Assembly: GCA_028534125.1 (NCBI GenBank)
Contig: CM052818.1
Span: 28,646,001 to 28,710,000, forward strand
Direction: 5' to 3'
Length of the DNA stretch: 64,000 nucleotides
Origin: Lama glama
Taxonomy: Eukaryota
Position numbers and translations under genes: made by a program. The notes beneath the pieces are model-generated. The model searched no databases and was not told the origin of the DNA. It saw only the letters and a program-made list of their open reading frames with translations. Below, piece by piece: positions 25,822 through 39,863 of this stretch. Numbering within the stretch: position 1 is the stretch's first letter; the number at the start of each line of letters is the position of its first letter.

Positions 25822-26205
25822 CGTTGGTTCACAAATTGGCACCCATGCACAGAGGGCAAAGAGACACTGAAGAAAGAGGCAGATCACCCCAGATTGGTAG
25901 ATGGCAGAGTAGGGAACCTGCACACAAGGCTTGTCTTGGGCAGCCACAGACCTGCACCAGCCATCAGACTCTTAAAAATCTATATAGCATTCTAAACTGG
26001 GTTCAATCACGTATTTATTCAGTTCAGATGGTCTCAAGAACACCTTACTCTCTCAAGGCAGCATGATCGAAAATGGCTCACTGTGAGAACAGTGAGCAGT
26101 ATGTACATTTCAAGGACAGAGGAGATGGTGAGGAGCCTCCCGCTGCCTGGGTTCAGCTGGCAGGTTAGGACAGCAGTCATGACCTCTCAATGACCTCCTC
26201 CAACA
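25822..26205 (-). mobile_element. Solo LTR (~385 bp)
   Basis: Termini cgttgg...ccaaca (inverted, with one TG>CG change) and 5-bp TSD actac (25817-25821) / attac (26206-26210). Orientation inferred. Confidence 0.75.
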
Positions 26206-26743
26206 ATTACTGATTCCAGTTAGGTGTCAGCAAGGAAGTGGTACTTGAGCTAATCTTGAAGGGCGTGAAAGGTGCTTCTAAATGAGAGTACAAAGGGCCA
26301 AGCTTAAGAATGTAGGCCAAGTCTGGGGTGCAATGAATAGAAAAGTCCAATGGAAAGGGAAGCTCAGCCTGACACAAAGTTGTGCTCACTTCTTTTCCCT
26401 CATTAACTTAGCTCCTTTTCTTGACTAAAACGAGGACATTTTTTTAAAGCCATTCATTTTATTCTGTTAAAATGGTTATAATGCAATGGAAAACCCAAGT
26501 GAAGCTGTGAATATCTATTCTCAATAGCATTTAACACAATTATAATTAAGTAATTATATGTGAGTGATACTTGTCTTCTCTGATGTGGATCATCTTTCCA
26601 TCTCTTGTGCCTACTGTAGTGCCAGGCGCATGGTGTGACTGAATTATTAAGTGACTACATGAAATGTATGAGTTAATTTGGTTTGGCTTGCAATGGAGGT
26701 TTGTTTTTGTCCTAAGAAAATGTCCATTGTAATAGATAACCGC

Positions 26744-26784
26744 CCTCTCTCTCTCTCTCTCTTTCTCTCTCTCTATGTATATAT
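26744..26784. repeat. (CT)n microsatellite followed by TA
   Basis: Read directly. Confidence 0.9.
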
Positions 26785-29700
26785 TAAACAAAATATTTAT
26801 TTTCACTTCTTATATATGAAGTATTTATTCTTTGGAGTCCAAAGTCATTTTTCAAATGCTAAAAACCACTCCTGATTATAACAGTCTATAATAAGGCATC
26901 CCTCGGCCTGGTGAAATTACACATTTTTTATGTTTGTGTTAGCATAGCATACACTTTGAGGTGCTTTCCTAATTCCACTTCCTAGACCTTTACTTTTGTT
27001 GTTACTCCTGTGAAGTTTGCTTTTTTCTTTGTTTGTCTTATGTTTTGTTATTCTTTTTCCTCTGATTCTAAGTGGTTCATACAAGGATGGAAACTTTGGC
27101 CTTTGCTTCAAAAGCACCAGCTCTCCACAGGGAATATACTTATTCTAGAGAGGACAAAGAAGTAATTTAGAAGGGACAGAGGATTTTCATAGTAAATGCT
27201 AAGTGTCCACTCTTCTTTGGTCTCTTGTTGACCCTACCTGTCAGTTACCCATGTGTGATCTTTCTATTGATAAGAGGAGTTAACTAGAAATGTGATGTAT
27301 ACTCAAATTCTACATTATCAATTGCCTTTGATATGTTGCTTCACTTATGAATCCTTACTACTAATCTGGCAAGAATTATCACTATGATGCTAGATTCAAG
27401 GAAAATACGCCTTGCTTCCTTTCTGTCCTCAGTTGCTTAGCAGCGCTCACCAATGTATTCTAATGGTCTTCACCCCTAGATGAGGAGGGACACAGCTTCA
27501 GAAACCTCAACACAACACTGCAGCCCTCAGGGGCATTAGTTTTTTAAATGGAACCTCTTTGCCACCCTTAAATTTTCCTTAGTATTTTCATCCTTTCTCA
27601 AATAGGAAGGTAGGTTGTGAGTTATGAGGAAGTCAACACTAGGGCTTTGATGGGATGGCAAGCTCACTTCAGGACTATATGGGAGGCCATTTACTAGCAA
27701 TGCTTGGTTAACAGGCTCCTCCCCTACCCAGTCTGGGGCCTTGTTCATCTCTCTCACTCACTCCTTTAAGGATGACAATAAACTGCAGTTTGGGTTCCCT
27801 ATCTGTCAAAGAAAAATAATGGTTAGATATAAAGTAGGAAAATTAGAAACCACTATTATAATAATCTGTGAAAAAAACAAAATATACATGAAGTCATGTT
27901 GTCATGCATTTGCACGCTTAATCAGATGAGTGACAAAAATGCATCTGGAAGTTTGTACTAGTCTACCTTTTACAACAACATCAGTGGAGGGTGGCACTGT
28001 TACATTTGGGAAAATGTCTTTTTCTTTACTTTTATGTATCTCGTTCACTAATACAAAGAGTAGACATTATATTAATGGCCTGCCAGTATACTCACTGAGT
28101 ATGTATTTTTTTTCTTTTACTTTAAGAAATTAGTAAGCACCAAAAATCTATCCAGACAATTGGACTAACTGTCAGAATCACACTACTGGTAACAAAGTAA
28201 AAAGCAACCATGTTACTTCAGAAATAGCATTTGTTTACAGACAGAATATGGCAATTTGTTCCAGTACAAATTTAACTCTAAGGTACAATAAAGATTATTT
28301 CTGCTGCTCTTGGAAAATTATCTTTTTCAAGTATTCCAGTGATCAATGTATATTTTTATACAGATTACCCTTATAAACAGGGAGAAGAGAGCAGATGGGT
28401 AAGCATACAGGGTGGGGTTCTCACTGCTTCAGGTCAATGAAGCACAGCGTAGGGCAGGACAAAAATTCATTTACAAGGTTCCTCTGCCTCTCTCAACAAG
28501 AGATAGGTTTATGCCTTTATATCCCTAATTGGGGTATTTCTTCAATGTCAGTGACACATATTTAGAATAGCATAAAAGAAAAGAATAATTGGAAATGTGT
28601 CAATTAGGTCTCATACAATGAGAGTTTTAACATTTAGAGTAAACACTGAAAGCCATGCACTGCATATGCCCTAATTGTATAAGACATCAAGGAAAGGTAT
28701 GAATTCATTCCACGTGAAATTCTTCAGCCAATTCCAATTATATTATTTACAGCCAGGCTTCATAAGATTGATTAAATTGAGTTTTAAGTATCTTTATATA
28801 AATAACATAGTGAAAGCTTGTTGACTTGTATTCAATTATATTCATTTTTTGACAGTGTAATTGGTATCAAGTTTAATTCTAATGATCTGCTGAAGTTATG
28901 CCTTCTTTTGTCTCCCTAATTATAATGGAGTTACTTAAAAGAGCAAGGCTATTGTCATCTTCTCTGTCACCCTTAAACAAAAAAGTATTTGATTTAAATT
29001 TATTCATATGGGAGAACAGAATACCAACTAATTATTATTCACCATGTTAAAAAAAAATCCTATTACGCGGTTCACACTAAAGAAGAAGAAAAAAAAAAAA
29101 CCTCTGCTAACCATTTATTTTCTAGAGGTTCATCCCTTGCTAATAAGTGACCTTAACCAAAGAAATGTTTCTTTATAAAAGGATTATAACTTGCTGTATC
29201 ATCTTCTTGACTGACTTACAGATATCTCTTTCTGTCATAGCAACTAAAATTCCTTCTCCTATGAGTCTTTTGATGCTGAATGTGGGCACTCTCTTGCTAT
29301 TGATTGTAAGCTGGAGTAAAATTCTAGGGGGGATCTTTTAACTTTTCCTGCCCCACAGAAAGCTCAAAGCAAATGTTTTCTTGAGGTCAGTCACGCTCCT
29401 GAACATTCTACTTCAACTCTGTCTTTTCAGAGCTATTCTTATTTCAAGGAAATAGCCCTGTAAAAATGACCTGTCTTTCAAAACTGATGTGGGGGTGGGT
29501 GTAGGATACACTATTCATGTTAATATTGGGCCACTGGAAGAGCATGTGTTTGTAGGCTTATTCCTATACGAGTGAGGAAGTTGTATTTTCTGTCACTTTT
29601 TGCTTTTACCAACCCTTACTCTTTGGCTCATAGTCTTTTATGTTCTGTCTACCTTACTCTGGCTGCTCAGCATCCCCACTCAGGGCTGTACAAACATCAC

Positions 29701-30550
29701 GTGCTTTATGGTTGAATCTGTTTCTTCAAGTGAGCTCTAAGAGAATTAGACACTTTAAATGGTAAGGTATCTTTAGATTTCCATTAACCTAACATTCCAT
29801 CCCACGTAGCAACTTTACATACAGCATACCCCAGGAATTTGTTTTATTCCATCAACAATTAAAAAACAATGATAGACGTCAAGTACATTAATGGCAACAT
29901 TTATATATAAGTAAAATGTTCGTTAGTTAAAATATGTCTTACTTTTCAGTTTTAGCTGCTACTCTTAGTTCTCCTCTGTGCAAATAGAGAACACATCTAA
30001 ATTTTCTTTTACATAGCAACTCATTAAATTTTTTCATTTCTTTATCATGCATCCACATTAAGTCCTCCATTTGCTAACTTTTATTCTTGTTATTATCTCA
30101 ACTACCTTATGGTATTGAGGTCTCAGCACATCCTTACAGCAGGGTAATAATTATAAAAATAATGCAAAATACACACTCCTTCATTTCTGATTCTCTTAAA
30201 ATTTGCCACCTAGAAAATAAAAACCAAATACTAGAAAATGGTTGTTAATCAGCAAGGTCACACTATTATTTAATAATAAATTTTTGTCCAAAAAAATTTG
30301 CTATGTATTTCTTCCAAGAACTTCTGCCAAACTAATTTTTTCCCCATTTTGCAAGAGTTAACTTTCATCTATTATAGATTTCAGCTTGAAATTCAAGCCT
30401 ATCAGATATTTTGAGTCTAGAGTTTGACATTAAACCTATTAATTGTACATTTAAATTTACTGTCACTTGAAATGTTATATCTCTAATACATGAAGAGATT
30501 CTGAAAACAAAGAAAGGACTACCAAAAAACCTTACAGAAAACTGAATCGG

Positions 30551-32154
30551 TAGATGCAGAAAAGGCATTTGACAAAATCCAATACCCACCCCTCTAATCA
30601 AACTAGAATAGAACGCAACTTCCTCAGCTTAATAAAAGGTATTTACCAAAAACCTACAGCTAACATTTTACTTAATGGTGAGAAAACTGATGCTTTTCCC
30701 CTAAGATTAGGAACAAAGCAAGGATGTGCTCTCTCAGTCTTAGTCAATGTCATACTGGAAGGTCCAGCTAATGCAATAAGAGAAGAAAATAAAAGGTAAA
30801 TAGACTGGGAAGTAAGAAATAAAATTGTCTTTGTTCACAGATGACATGATTGCCTATGTAAAAACAACAACAAAACTCTTGTAACTGATAAACAATTACA
30901 GCAAGCTTGCAAGAAAAAGGTTAACTTACAAAAACCAATTTCTTTCCTATTTACCAGCAATCAACAACTGGAATTTCAAAATAAAAACACAGTACCACTT
31001 AAATCAGCACTCCTCAAAATGAAATACATAGGTATAAATCTACCAAAATATGTATAAGAGCTATATGAAAAAATGTAAAAAAACTGATTGAAGACATTAA
31101 AGAAGATCTAAACAAAGAGATATTTCATGTTTATAGATGGGAAGACACAATATTGTTAATGTGTTAGTTTTTCTCAAATTGGTATACAGATTCAACACAA
31201 TCCCAATTCCAGTCTGTATCCCAGCAAGTTATTTTATGTTTATCAAAAAACTGATTTTAAAGTTTATCTGAGAAAGATGCTGAATAGACAGCACAATAAT
31301 GAAGAAGCAGAAGCAGAAGGAGAAGAAGAGGAGGAGGAGGAAGAAGAGTGTTAGAGCACTGGTGCAACCTGACTTCAAACTTACTATAAAGCTACAGTGA
31401 TCAAGAAATGTGGTACTGAGGAAAGAATACATAAGTAAATTAATGGAACAGAACAGAGGGCCCAGAAATAGAGCCAACAAATATAGTCAATGGATCTCTA
31501 ACAAAGGAGCAGAAGAAACTCAATGGAGAAAAAAGTCTTTTCAACAAATGGTTCTGGAACAACTAAGTATCTACACACAGAAAAGTGAATCTAGAAACTG
31601 ACCTTATACCTTTCACAAATAACAACTCAAAATGGATCATAGACCTAATTGTATAATGTAAAACTACAAACCTTTTAGAAGATAACATAGGAGAAAATCT
31701 AGGTGACCTTGGATTTGGCAATGACTTTTTAGATACATCACCAAAAGTACAATCCGTAATAGAAAAAGATAACTAGTTAAACTTCATTAAAATTAAAATC
31801 ATATGCTCTGTTGAAAAACATTCCTAAGAGAATGAAAAGATAATCCACAGACTGAAAGAAAATATTTGTTAACCACTTATCTGATAAAGTTATACATTTG
31901 TCAAAACTAATAGAACTGAACATCATAGTGAATCCTAATGTAAACTATGGGCTTTAGTTATAATAATGTATCAATACTATTTTATTAATTGTAACAAATA
32001 CACCACATTAACACAAGATGTTAATAACAGGAGAATCTCTGTGTGGTGAGGAGTATTTGGGAGGGAACTCTCTGTACATTCTGCTCATTTTTTCTATAAA
32101 CTTAAAATTGCTCTAACCAATAGTTTTTCAATAAAAGATAAAATTAAAAAAAAA
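30551..32154 (+). mobile_element. 5'-truncated old L1 (L1MC-like 3' end) with internal deletion
   Basis: ORF2 RT/C-terminal remnant (IYQKPTANILLNGEK, PLRLGTKQG) runs to ~31889, then jumps into an L1MC-type 3'UTR (cctaatgtaaactatgg...gaactctctgtac) and A-tail. Confidence 0.9.
31300..31348. repeat. (GAA/GCA/GAG)n trinucleotide-type repeat inside L1 ORF2
   Basis: gaagaagcagaagcagaaggagaagaagaggaggaggaggaagaag. Confidence 0.85.
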
Positions 32155-32199
32155 GAACTAAAACCATGAAAATAGAGTACATTATAAATAAAATCACTC

Positions 32200-33170
32200 T
32201 GAAATAGGGTAGGAAACGACCATATTACCACATTCAAACTAGTAAATATGGGGGGAGGGAATTAAATATTTATTCTGCATTTTTATATCAGCTATACTAC
32301 AGCTGAAGAGGAGAAATTCTGGAAATATTGCAATTGACATACAATGAAAATGATAGAATTAGAATATCACCATTTAGCAGCTCCCTGATGGATTAGTGAA
32401 CCTAAACAATGATCTTTAGTTACTTATAACATCAGAAACAGAGAAAACCAGACTTATGAACTTCCTTAGGAAAGTATACTACACTGCCTATTAAATAGTT
32501 TATCCAATATTAACTGAATAAATTTTAAAAATTGAACCTGGATTTGATCATATCTTCAGAGCAAATACCAATTCACGATAAATTCAAGGTACAAAGAAGT
32601 ATGTTTGAAATAGCATGAAAGTACAACTCCAATTTACACTAGAGAAATTTTACAAGAAAAATCTTTTGGTTTCTCATAGAAAATATTGTAAGGAAGAAAA
32701 AAAGATGCAAGAGAAAACTAGAATTTGAGTCTAAACTCTAAATATAATGTGATCTCCTAGAATGAATCCTCGATTCATAGGAAAATTGGTGAAATTTGAA
32801 TAAAGTCTGTAGCTTAGGTTATAATATTGTACCAATGTTAATTCTTTAGTTTTGATGTATCATGGTTTTATAAGATGTTAACATTAGCAAAAACTGAGTG
32901 AAGGGCATTCAGAAACCCTCTCTACTATCTTTGCAGCTTTTCTGTAAATCTAAAATTATTCTAAAATAAAAAGCTTATTTTTAAAAAGACAATTAAAAGA
33001 CATATCAACAATATTGGACATTATTCTGATCCCTATGCAAACAAACAGATGGTAAAACAAAATGATGATGACAAGGCAATTGGGGAAATATGAACACTGG
33101 CTGAATATTTGATGATGTGTGTTAACAATACTACTACTAATTACTGTTAATAATTTAGGTGCCATAATTT
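32200..33170 (+). mobile_element. Nested ancient L1 3' ends (L1ME-like host, L1MC/MD-like 3' end at ~32730-32985)
   Basis: ggtgaaatttgaataaagtctgtag...tttctgtaaatctaaaattattctaaaataaaa is embedded between L1ME-like segments (aaagacaattaaaagacatatcaac). Confidence 0.65.
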
Positions 33171-34032
33171 CACAAAGGTTATATTAAGGAATTTCTTTAG
33201 TGTACTTATAGCTGGCACTAATTTAAGGATTCTGTACAACTCTTTTATACAACCCACTATATTTTGATATTAAATATTAATATGTTAGATATCATGAATG
33301 CTAAGGTACTTCAACTCTGTATCTGGCAATACTACTATGTTTTCATATTGTTCCTTAACAATAATAATGTTAATATTAATAGTCCAAAATTCATATCCAA
33401 TTCTTTTCCAGATACTGTGACTCCATTTGAGTGCCCTCGTGTTAGTCTCACAACAACCCCTTAGAAACAAAATTATTGACTCCATTTATAAAAGAAAGTA
33501 CATAGAAAATACAATTATTTGTATAAGGTCAAACAGCTAGATCAGCCCAGATCATGTCTCTTCTGTGAGGTTATTATTTTTCTGGTATTAAGGAACTGCC
33601 ATCATAGCTCTTACTACTGCTGCAGCTTTGAAAGATGGCATTTCCTTGGCAGAGATATCTTATATTCCTGCTCTGCCATCTAAATAGCATGTGGTGAATT
33701 GTCCAAACACAGCCACACCCTCTGGGAAATGAAGAGACAATCCTAGCACTGTATTATAGGTAGATCAGTGACTCTTAAGAATAATCATTCAGTGAAGTCT
33801 GTTCTCCCATGCTCTGGGATCAGAAACGATATCAACCACAGGTATGGGGAGAACTTCTGCCAAAAGATATCAGGAGACAACAGTAATGAAAAGGGGGGAT
33901 GGGATCTCTGGTCCTCTTATATAAGGCAAGTTCTTATGGCTTTTGTCATCCATTTTGCAAAGGATTATGCTGTGTATTGCTTTAGGTTCTGAAATTGGTT
34001 AAATCTTTTTATAGGTAGCATGTATATATATC

Positions 34033-34592
34033 TGTTGTGTGTGTGAGAGAGAGATTAGCAGATAGCTGCAAATTCTCTGTCATTCCTCCCATTGAGAGAT
34101 GGTCTCTACGTCACCTCCCCTTGAGTATGGATAGGCTCTATGACTGCTCTAATAAATGGAATGAAACACAAGTAATGCTATTCTAGTTTCCAGGCTCAGT
34201 CAGCTTTTACATTCTGTCTTGTGAAACACTCTCTGTCTTGCTTATGGAACACTTGCTCTGGGGGAAGCCAAGTGCTATGCAGGAAGTCAGAGTAACCTGA
34301 GACTGCCGTGCTATAAGAGCCCAAGATACATGAGAAGAACACAGAAGACGTCAGGTAAAGAAAGAGAGGCCCAAGAGTGCATTGGTGCCAGACATATGAG
34401 TGAAGGTATCATTTTGGAACAGAGCCCTTACATCAGGTGCCTTGTGATGATGCCATGTGAATCAGAGACAAACCACTCAGCCAGGCTCTTCCAGAATTCC
34501 TAGACTGACCAAGTTTTGAGCAACATAAATTGCTGTTTTCAGCCACTAGGTTTTAGAGTACTTTGCTTTATAATAATAAAGTTCTAAAATAA
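34033..34592 (+). mobile_element. MaLR LTR (MLT1G/H-like)
   Basis: gcaaattct...cctcccattgagagatgg...cctccccttga...gccactaggttttagag. Confidence 0.85.
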
Positions 34593-34811
34593 ACTAAAAG
34601 TAATTGATAGTCAATTTTTTTTAAAGTAGACTTCCTATAATAATTAGGAAAACAAATCCAATAAAGGAAACTTTGGTTGAAAGGAAAGGGGTGAGCAATA
34701 TTTTTCAAAGTGGAAACATTCATTTGTTCCTATTAAAACTTAATCTTATGCATTTGTGATTAATATCTAAGATTAATGGTTCAGGATTTAATGGTATGGG
34801 AAAAAAGATGG

Positions 34812-34894
34812 TAAGGTATTAATTTTACAGTTTTAATGTAAGGTAGTAATTTTTCAGAAGATTAAATATAAGGTATTAATTTTTCAGAAGATTA
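34812..34894. repeat. Short minisatellite, ~3 copies of a 27-30-bp unit
   Basis: taaggtattaatttt(t)cag... starts at 34812, 34839 and 34869. Confidence 0.85.
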
Positions 34895-35189
34895 TGATGG
34901 GCATTTTTCTATATATTAGATTACTGATATACTAAAGGATAACATCTCTCCTGTAGGAAAACAGATAATTTACCTACAGAGGGACTTGCAACATAAGAAA
35001 ACTCCCAATTTTTGTGACAATTATGATATAGAAGCAAGAATAATAAACATTTCAAAGATATAGAATCTCTGTCCTCAAGAAAGAAAAAAGTTATATGACC
35101 CAGATATGTATAGATTTTTCATATTCTTGGGTATCAAAGCACTGCTTTCAAGTCCATTTGGTTAATGGCACAGTACTGAATGCATAGAT

Positions 35190-36130
35190 TTACTTTTGCT
35201 TCCCTTCAAAAACTTCATTAAAACAAAAGTAAAAGATTTTTGAAACATCATAAACCCACAACAAAAAGCAAAAAAATAGAAAAGACTAAAGCAAAAAAAA
35301 TTTGGAACTTGAAAAACAGAATCTGAAATTGACTTAGCAGTCAGAAAAGCACAGATATAATCTGATGAACAATGCTGATTCCCCACAAAGAACTGGGAAC
35401 AAAAGGTAGTTTTCAGAGGGAATAAAAGTGGGTCTGAAAATAGACTCTTCAAGATGTAGTTATTTAGTTTTCCTCCTCTACAAAATACCCTCTCCCCTAT
35501 CACGTTACAAGAGTAGAGGTTATTTCTTTGCAGAGATTAATATAGAGAATCTTGGGGTTGGAAAACAAGTTGAAGGTAGGGAGACCATACCAGCAATAAG
35601 GCGATAAGAGAACATACACATATTGAATACTGAATCCCAAATCCAATGCTATTTCTTCACTCAGCTTCGAGATAAGGCAGCTAGATTTATTCTATCCAGA
35701 CAAGAAACTGAAAGGTCCTTCCTTCTCCGGGAAATGTGACCAGTTCTAGGCAGGTAACGTAAAATTGATGACATCAGAGGCTCCTCAAAGAAACAGACCT
35801 GGCAAATCACCCTACAACAAAGCTTAGAGTGGATAAACTCACACACATACACTCAAAGATTCCAACTTTTTTCATAGTGCCTGCCCTCAAATCTGAATAA
35901 ATAAACATAGGTTTGCCAGGTTCAAACCATCTGAAGAAAGTTTCCCATGTGACAAATAGAGAATAAATCAAATAAAAGCAATAAGCAAATTGAACAAAAG
36001 GAGAATATGTAGAGGGAAAAAAAAGGAAAAAATTATACTAATACCCTCAGAGAGGTAACAATAGAAATAGCATTAATGAAACAAGAGTATGAGTTCCATT
36101 AAGAAAGAAAGAAAAGCATAGGACCTGTCT
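35190..36130 (+). mobile_element. Ancient L1 5' region / ORF1 start (L1ME-like)
   Basis: cataaacccacaa...gacttagcag...cagacctggcaaatcaccctac...ataccctcagagag...atgaaacaaga. Confidence 0.6.
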
Positions 36131-37129
36131 TCAGATGAAATTAAGGAAGAGGGACAATGGAGCTGAGAGAAACACGGATAATGTTAACAAACTGAGTGAT
36201 GAGGAATCTCAAGAATTCTAAATTATGGGTGGGTGTGGCTAAACCCTCCCCATCCCTTCCCTCCCCTCCTTCCCGCAAGAGCAGGGCCAAAAAGAAACAG
36301 CAGTTGTGTGGCAAAAGCAGCAGAAAATGATATAGAATCAAATATGAAACCCAAAGCAGGCAAAGTATCCCTCCAAAGGGAGAGGATGCTATCATATGTG
36401 GAAACTCAGTCTGAGAACAACTAGCTGAAAGGGAAGATGGCCCTACAGCCTCCAAGTTGTGAGTGAGTGCAAAAAATACCTAGTGAGTCATTAAAAAGTT
36501 GAAAAGGCTGTGTTGGTGTAAATATTGGAGAGTCTCAGAAGTAACAGCAAATAGCTCATATAAACTCTTCCAGAAGGATGGAGCTGAGGAAGAAAAAAAT
36601 TAATTGCAAGAAAGGGAAAACAAATAGATAAGAGTAGGGCAGAAATGTCCAGGAAGTAAGAAGCTCTAGGTTGTAGGAAGGATTCAGAGAGAGCAGGTAC
36701 CAAAGAGTACTGTAACAACAAAAGGTCAGTACAGCTTCTCAAGGTGAAAGCACCATCTCCAAAGGCAAAGCCTGTTGGGAAACCTGGATGAGAGACTGGA
36801 AATCTTTCACTGCCAGACCTAGCTCTGAATCAGAAGCGACTCAGAAAGGGCCAGAGAGCCATAACCTAATCACCAAGAATGAGACCTGCAACTTTGTCAA
36901 TAAACATATGAAGGATTCCCTGTTCACCCAACTGAATTAATCTCTTGAGACAGTTCAACAGAAATACTCCTCAAGAGATTTCAGTCCACTTTGGTAGGAA
37001 CAATATTCATGGATGATACTTTACTAATATTAAAAGGTCCCAGACTGGTCAGATTACTAGGTTAAAAGTTATGTCAAAACGTATCAAAGTCAAAACACAT
37101 TCTTCCACCAGGTCTCCATTAACAAGTTA

Positions 37130-37300
37130 TACTTTCTTGACTTTTGACCCTCCCTCATGTTCCTCATATGCAAAATGGAGGCAGTAACAAAACATTGTCA
37201 TGGGTATTTTGTGAAGATTCAGTAATATAAAAATTTAGAATGAGTCTGGCACATAGTAAGCATTCAATAAATGTTTGCCCATGTCATTATGATTAATATT
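37130..37300 (+). mobile_element. MIR SINE
   Basis: ttcctcatatgcaaaatggag...tgtgaagatt...ctggcacatagtaagcattcaataaatgtt. Confidence 0.8.
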
Positions 37301-38292
37301 ACCCAATTGCACAGTTCTAAAACACACTTTGGACTCTGGTCAGCCCTGGTGCATAAAAAGATCAGGGCCATGTAATGAAAGGATAGGGATAGGCTCTTAA
37401 ACACAAAAAAGAGCCAGGTGCAAATGCATAAACCCAGAGGAACTGGATTTCATCTCTGGAATCTCACTGCCTGCAATAGCATCAGAGACTCAAAGAATCC
37501 ATAGTAAGTAAGAAGCAAAGAACTGTCATCACTCCTGGAGAAATAATTCAAAGCCCTTGCCCAACATACAGTGTTTTAATATTGCCAGGTTCTTGCAATT
37601 ATTATGTCTGGGAAGGGGTAATTTTTTTACTTTATTGATTTTATTTTCTGCACAAATCATGAATATATTTTCACCATACAGGATGTAGTATGGTTTTTGT
37701 TTCAGAAAATTTTTGAATGAAAGAAGCAATATACATAATTGTAATTTTAAACATTTAAAATAATGTTATTAGTATTACAAGACAGCATATTTAAGCTAAG
37801 AAAAATACTTATCTAGGTAATTTAAAATAGTAAGCAATGAAAACATCACAATTATATTCATATTCTCATTCAGCATTCAGAAATAAATGTTTTACTCTTC
37901 TTTTCTTTAAGAAAAGGATATAGAACTCTCAGCAAATACCTTTTATCTTTCTATCTGAAGTAAACAATACACCTTGTGAAAATAGAATGTGCTGGCCTTC
38001 TGATTTCTGACCAAAACATGTTGCAATAGTTCATATTATATCAAATGAAAAGGTGTAAGCCCACTAGATGCCTGACTTCAGGGTAACAGTCTAAATATTT
38101 AACTGATTCTGTCTAGATATTGACCAGTGATAAAGGATGTTGGCTATCAATACCCTATTCAGCCTGCCGCTGACTATCAGCCAGGTTTTGAACCCCATTC
38201 TTTTAAAATACATGTTTAAGCCAAGTTAAAGAAAGAGTACATTCATAAAACCTGCCAAGTGCACTTGTTGTTCTTGTCTTGCAGCATACAAG

Positions 38293-38811
38293 TGAAAGGA
38301 GCAGAATTTGTCACCCTAACGTATATCTCTTCAGCATAAGGATTATTTCAGACTGATTATTTTTTAAGAAACATCAGACACAGGAAAGTTACCCTTTTCT
38401 AAGAAACATTTACATTTATAAGGGAAATGTCTCTTTGTTAGGGTGTCTTCCTTTTTGTGTCAGGAAGAGAAGGATGGCCAAATCTCTAGAAACTCTTATC
38501 ACTAGAGAAGGAAATGACCTAAATCTGCATACAGCCATACTCTTATTTTCCTATGCTTTCCTTTATAACCTCCCATAACTGGCTTCCCTACCCACCAACA
38601 TCTTCTAGTGTCTTTACCGTGAGGTGGCATTTAAGGTGGTGCCTGGGGCCATTTCAGAGAGTTATTCATTTCTTGAGTATCTCTCTCATTTACAGAAGTA
38701 TACATGTTACTAAATGTCTGTTTTTTTTCCTGTTAATCTGTCTTTTTATTACAGGGGTGTCTCAGCCAAGAACCTAGAAGGGTAGAGGGAAAGTTATTTT
38801 CCTCTCCTACC
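38293..38811 (+). mobile_element. Solo ERV1-class LTR (MER34/MER39-like)
   Basis: tgaaaggagcagaatttgtcacc...ttttcctctcctacc flanked by 4-bp TSD CAAG (38289-38292 and 38812-38815). Confidence 0.88.
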
Positions 38812-39320
38812 CAAGTATATTCTCTAAGCCTTTCAAAAGAGATGCAGAGTATTGAGTTGTCATTCTCTATACTCATCCCACAAAAATATACTACAATGCA
38901 TCCTTAACCATTTGGAATGACAAAAATACTGTGTTCGAACAAGGATAGCATAAAAAATATGCTGTGTATTAAATGTAATATGTTCATTTTTTTCATTGAT
39001 TTCATTTCAGAACACATAAACACCTTTCATAGGTCTTTGTCAGCTGGATTATTATTTTTTGTTTTAAATTCCAGTGTAGTTTCCTCTAGTCTTAAAAATG
39101 CTTGCTTTGGCGTCTGCATATTCCCCTGTGAGAAGGTATCACAAAATTTTCTTTTTTTCCAATAGCACTTCCTTGACATTATACTTACAGGAGGTGATTC
39201 TGCCTATTGATTTCTTTGATGTTCATTCAGATATCCTTTTTGTGTTTGCATTTTTTCTTTTCAATTACATGGAACCCTGTGGTATCACAGAGCTACAGAT
39301 ATTTTTCCATTGCTACCTTG

Positions 39321-39863
39321 TGTTGGGGAAGAAGAAATTTTCCTCTACTTTTCTAAGTTCTTCTGGTTGGTCTAAGAATTAAGTTGACATGAGACAGATT
39401 AACAGGAGAAAATCAAACAAAGTTTAATAACATGCATACATGGGAGAGACCCTGGAAAACTGAGTAACTGGCCAAAATGGCCAAAGACCTCCACTTAAAT
39501 ACCATCTTTAGCTAAAGACAAAAGAGGATGTTGCAGGTGGTGGTTTGGGACTTCAAAGGGGAGGATACAATTCGCATGAAGATAGAAAGCAAATGTTTGG
39601 TAAATAAATGTTTGCAAAGACTACAGGCGAGAGAGAAATTTTAACAGTTTATTAGGTTCTTTCCTGTCTACCGCACCTAGATCAAACTGTCTATCTGATA
39701 GCTTCTTCTTAAAACGGGTCCTTTATATAAATTATTTTAGGCAGTTGGGGGGAATGAAACAAGAAAAATTTCCTGGATCTTCTGTTTCTTAAAAATAATC
39801 AGCCTAAAATAATCCTTAGGCCAAAGAGACACATTTTGGGGTGGGAAATTTCGTTCCCCTACA
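39321..39863 (-). mobile_element. Solo ERV1-class LTR (MER34-like), related to the 38293 LTR
   Basis: TG...CA termini and TSD CTTG (39317-39320 and 39864-39867). The reverse complement shares aaggattattt..g.ctgattattttt-aagaaaca with the 38293 LTR. Confidence 0.9.

Noticed and set aside
29049..29104. A-run-flanked segment containing cgcg, possible mini-insertion
   Set aside because: The putative TSD is almost only A-run; not distinguishable from low complexity.
34812..34894. Short direct repeats as a CRISPR-like array
   Set aside because: Tandem units without unique spacers in mammalian DNA; an ordinary minisatellite.
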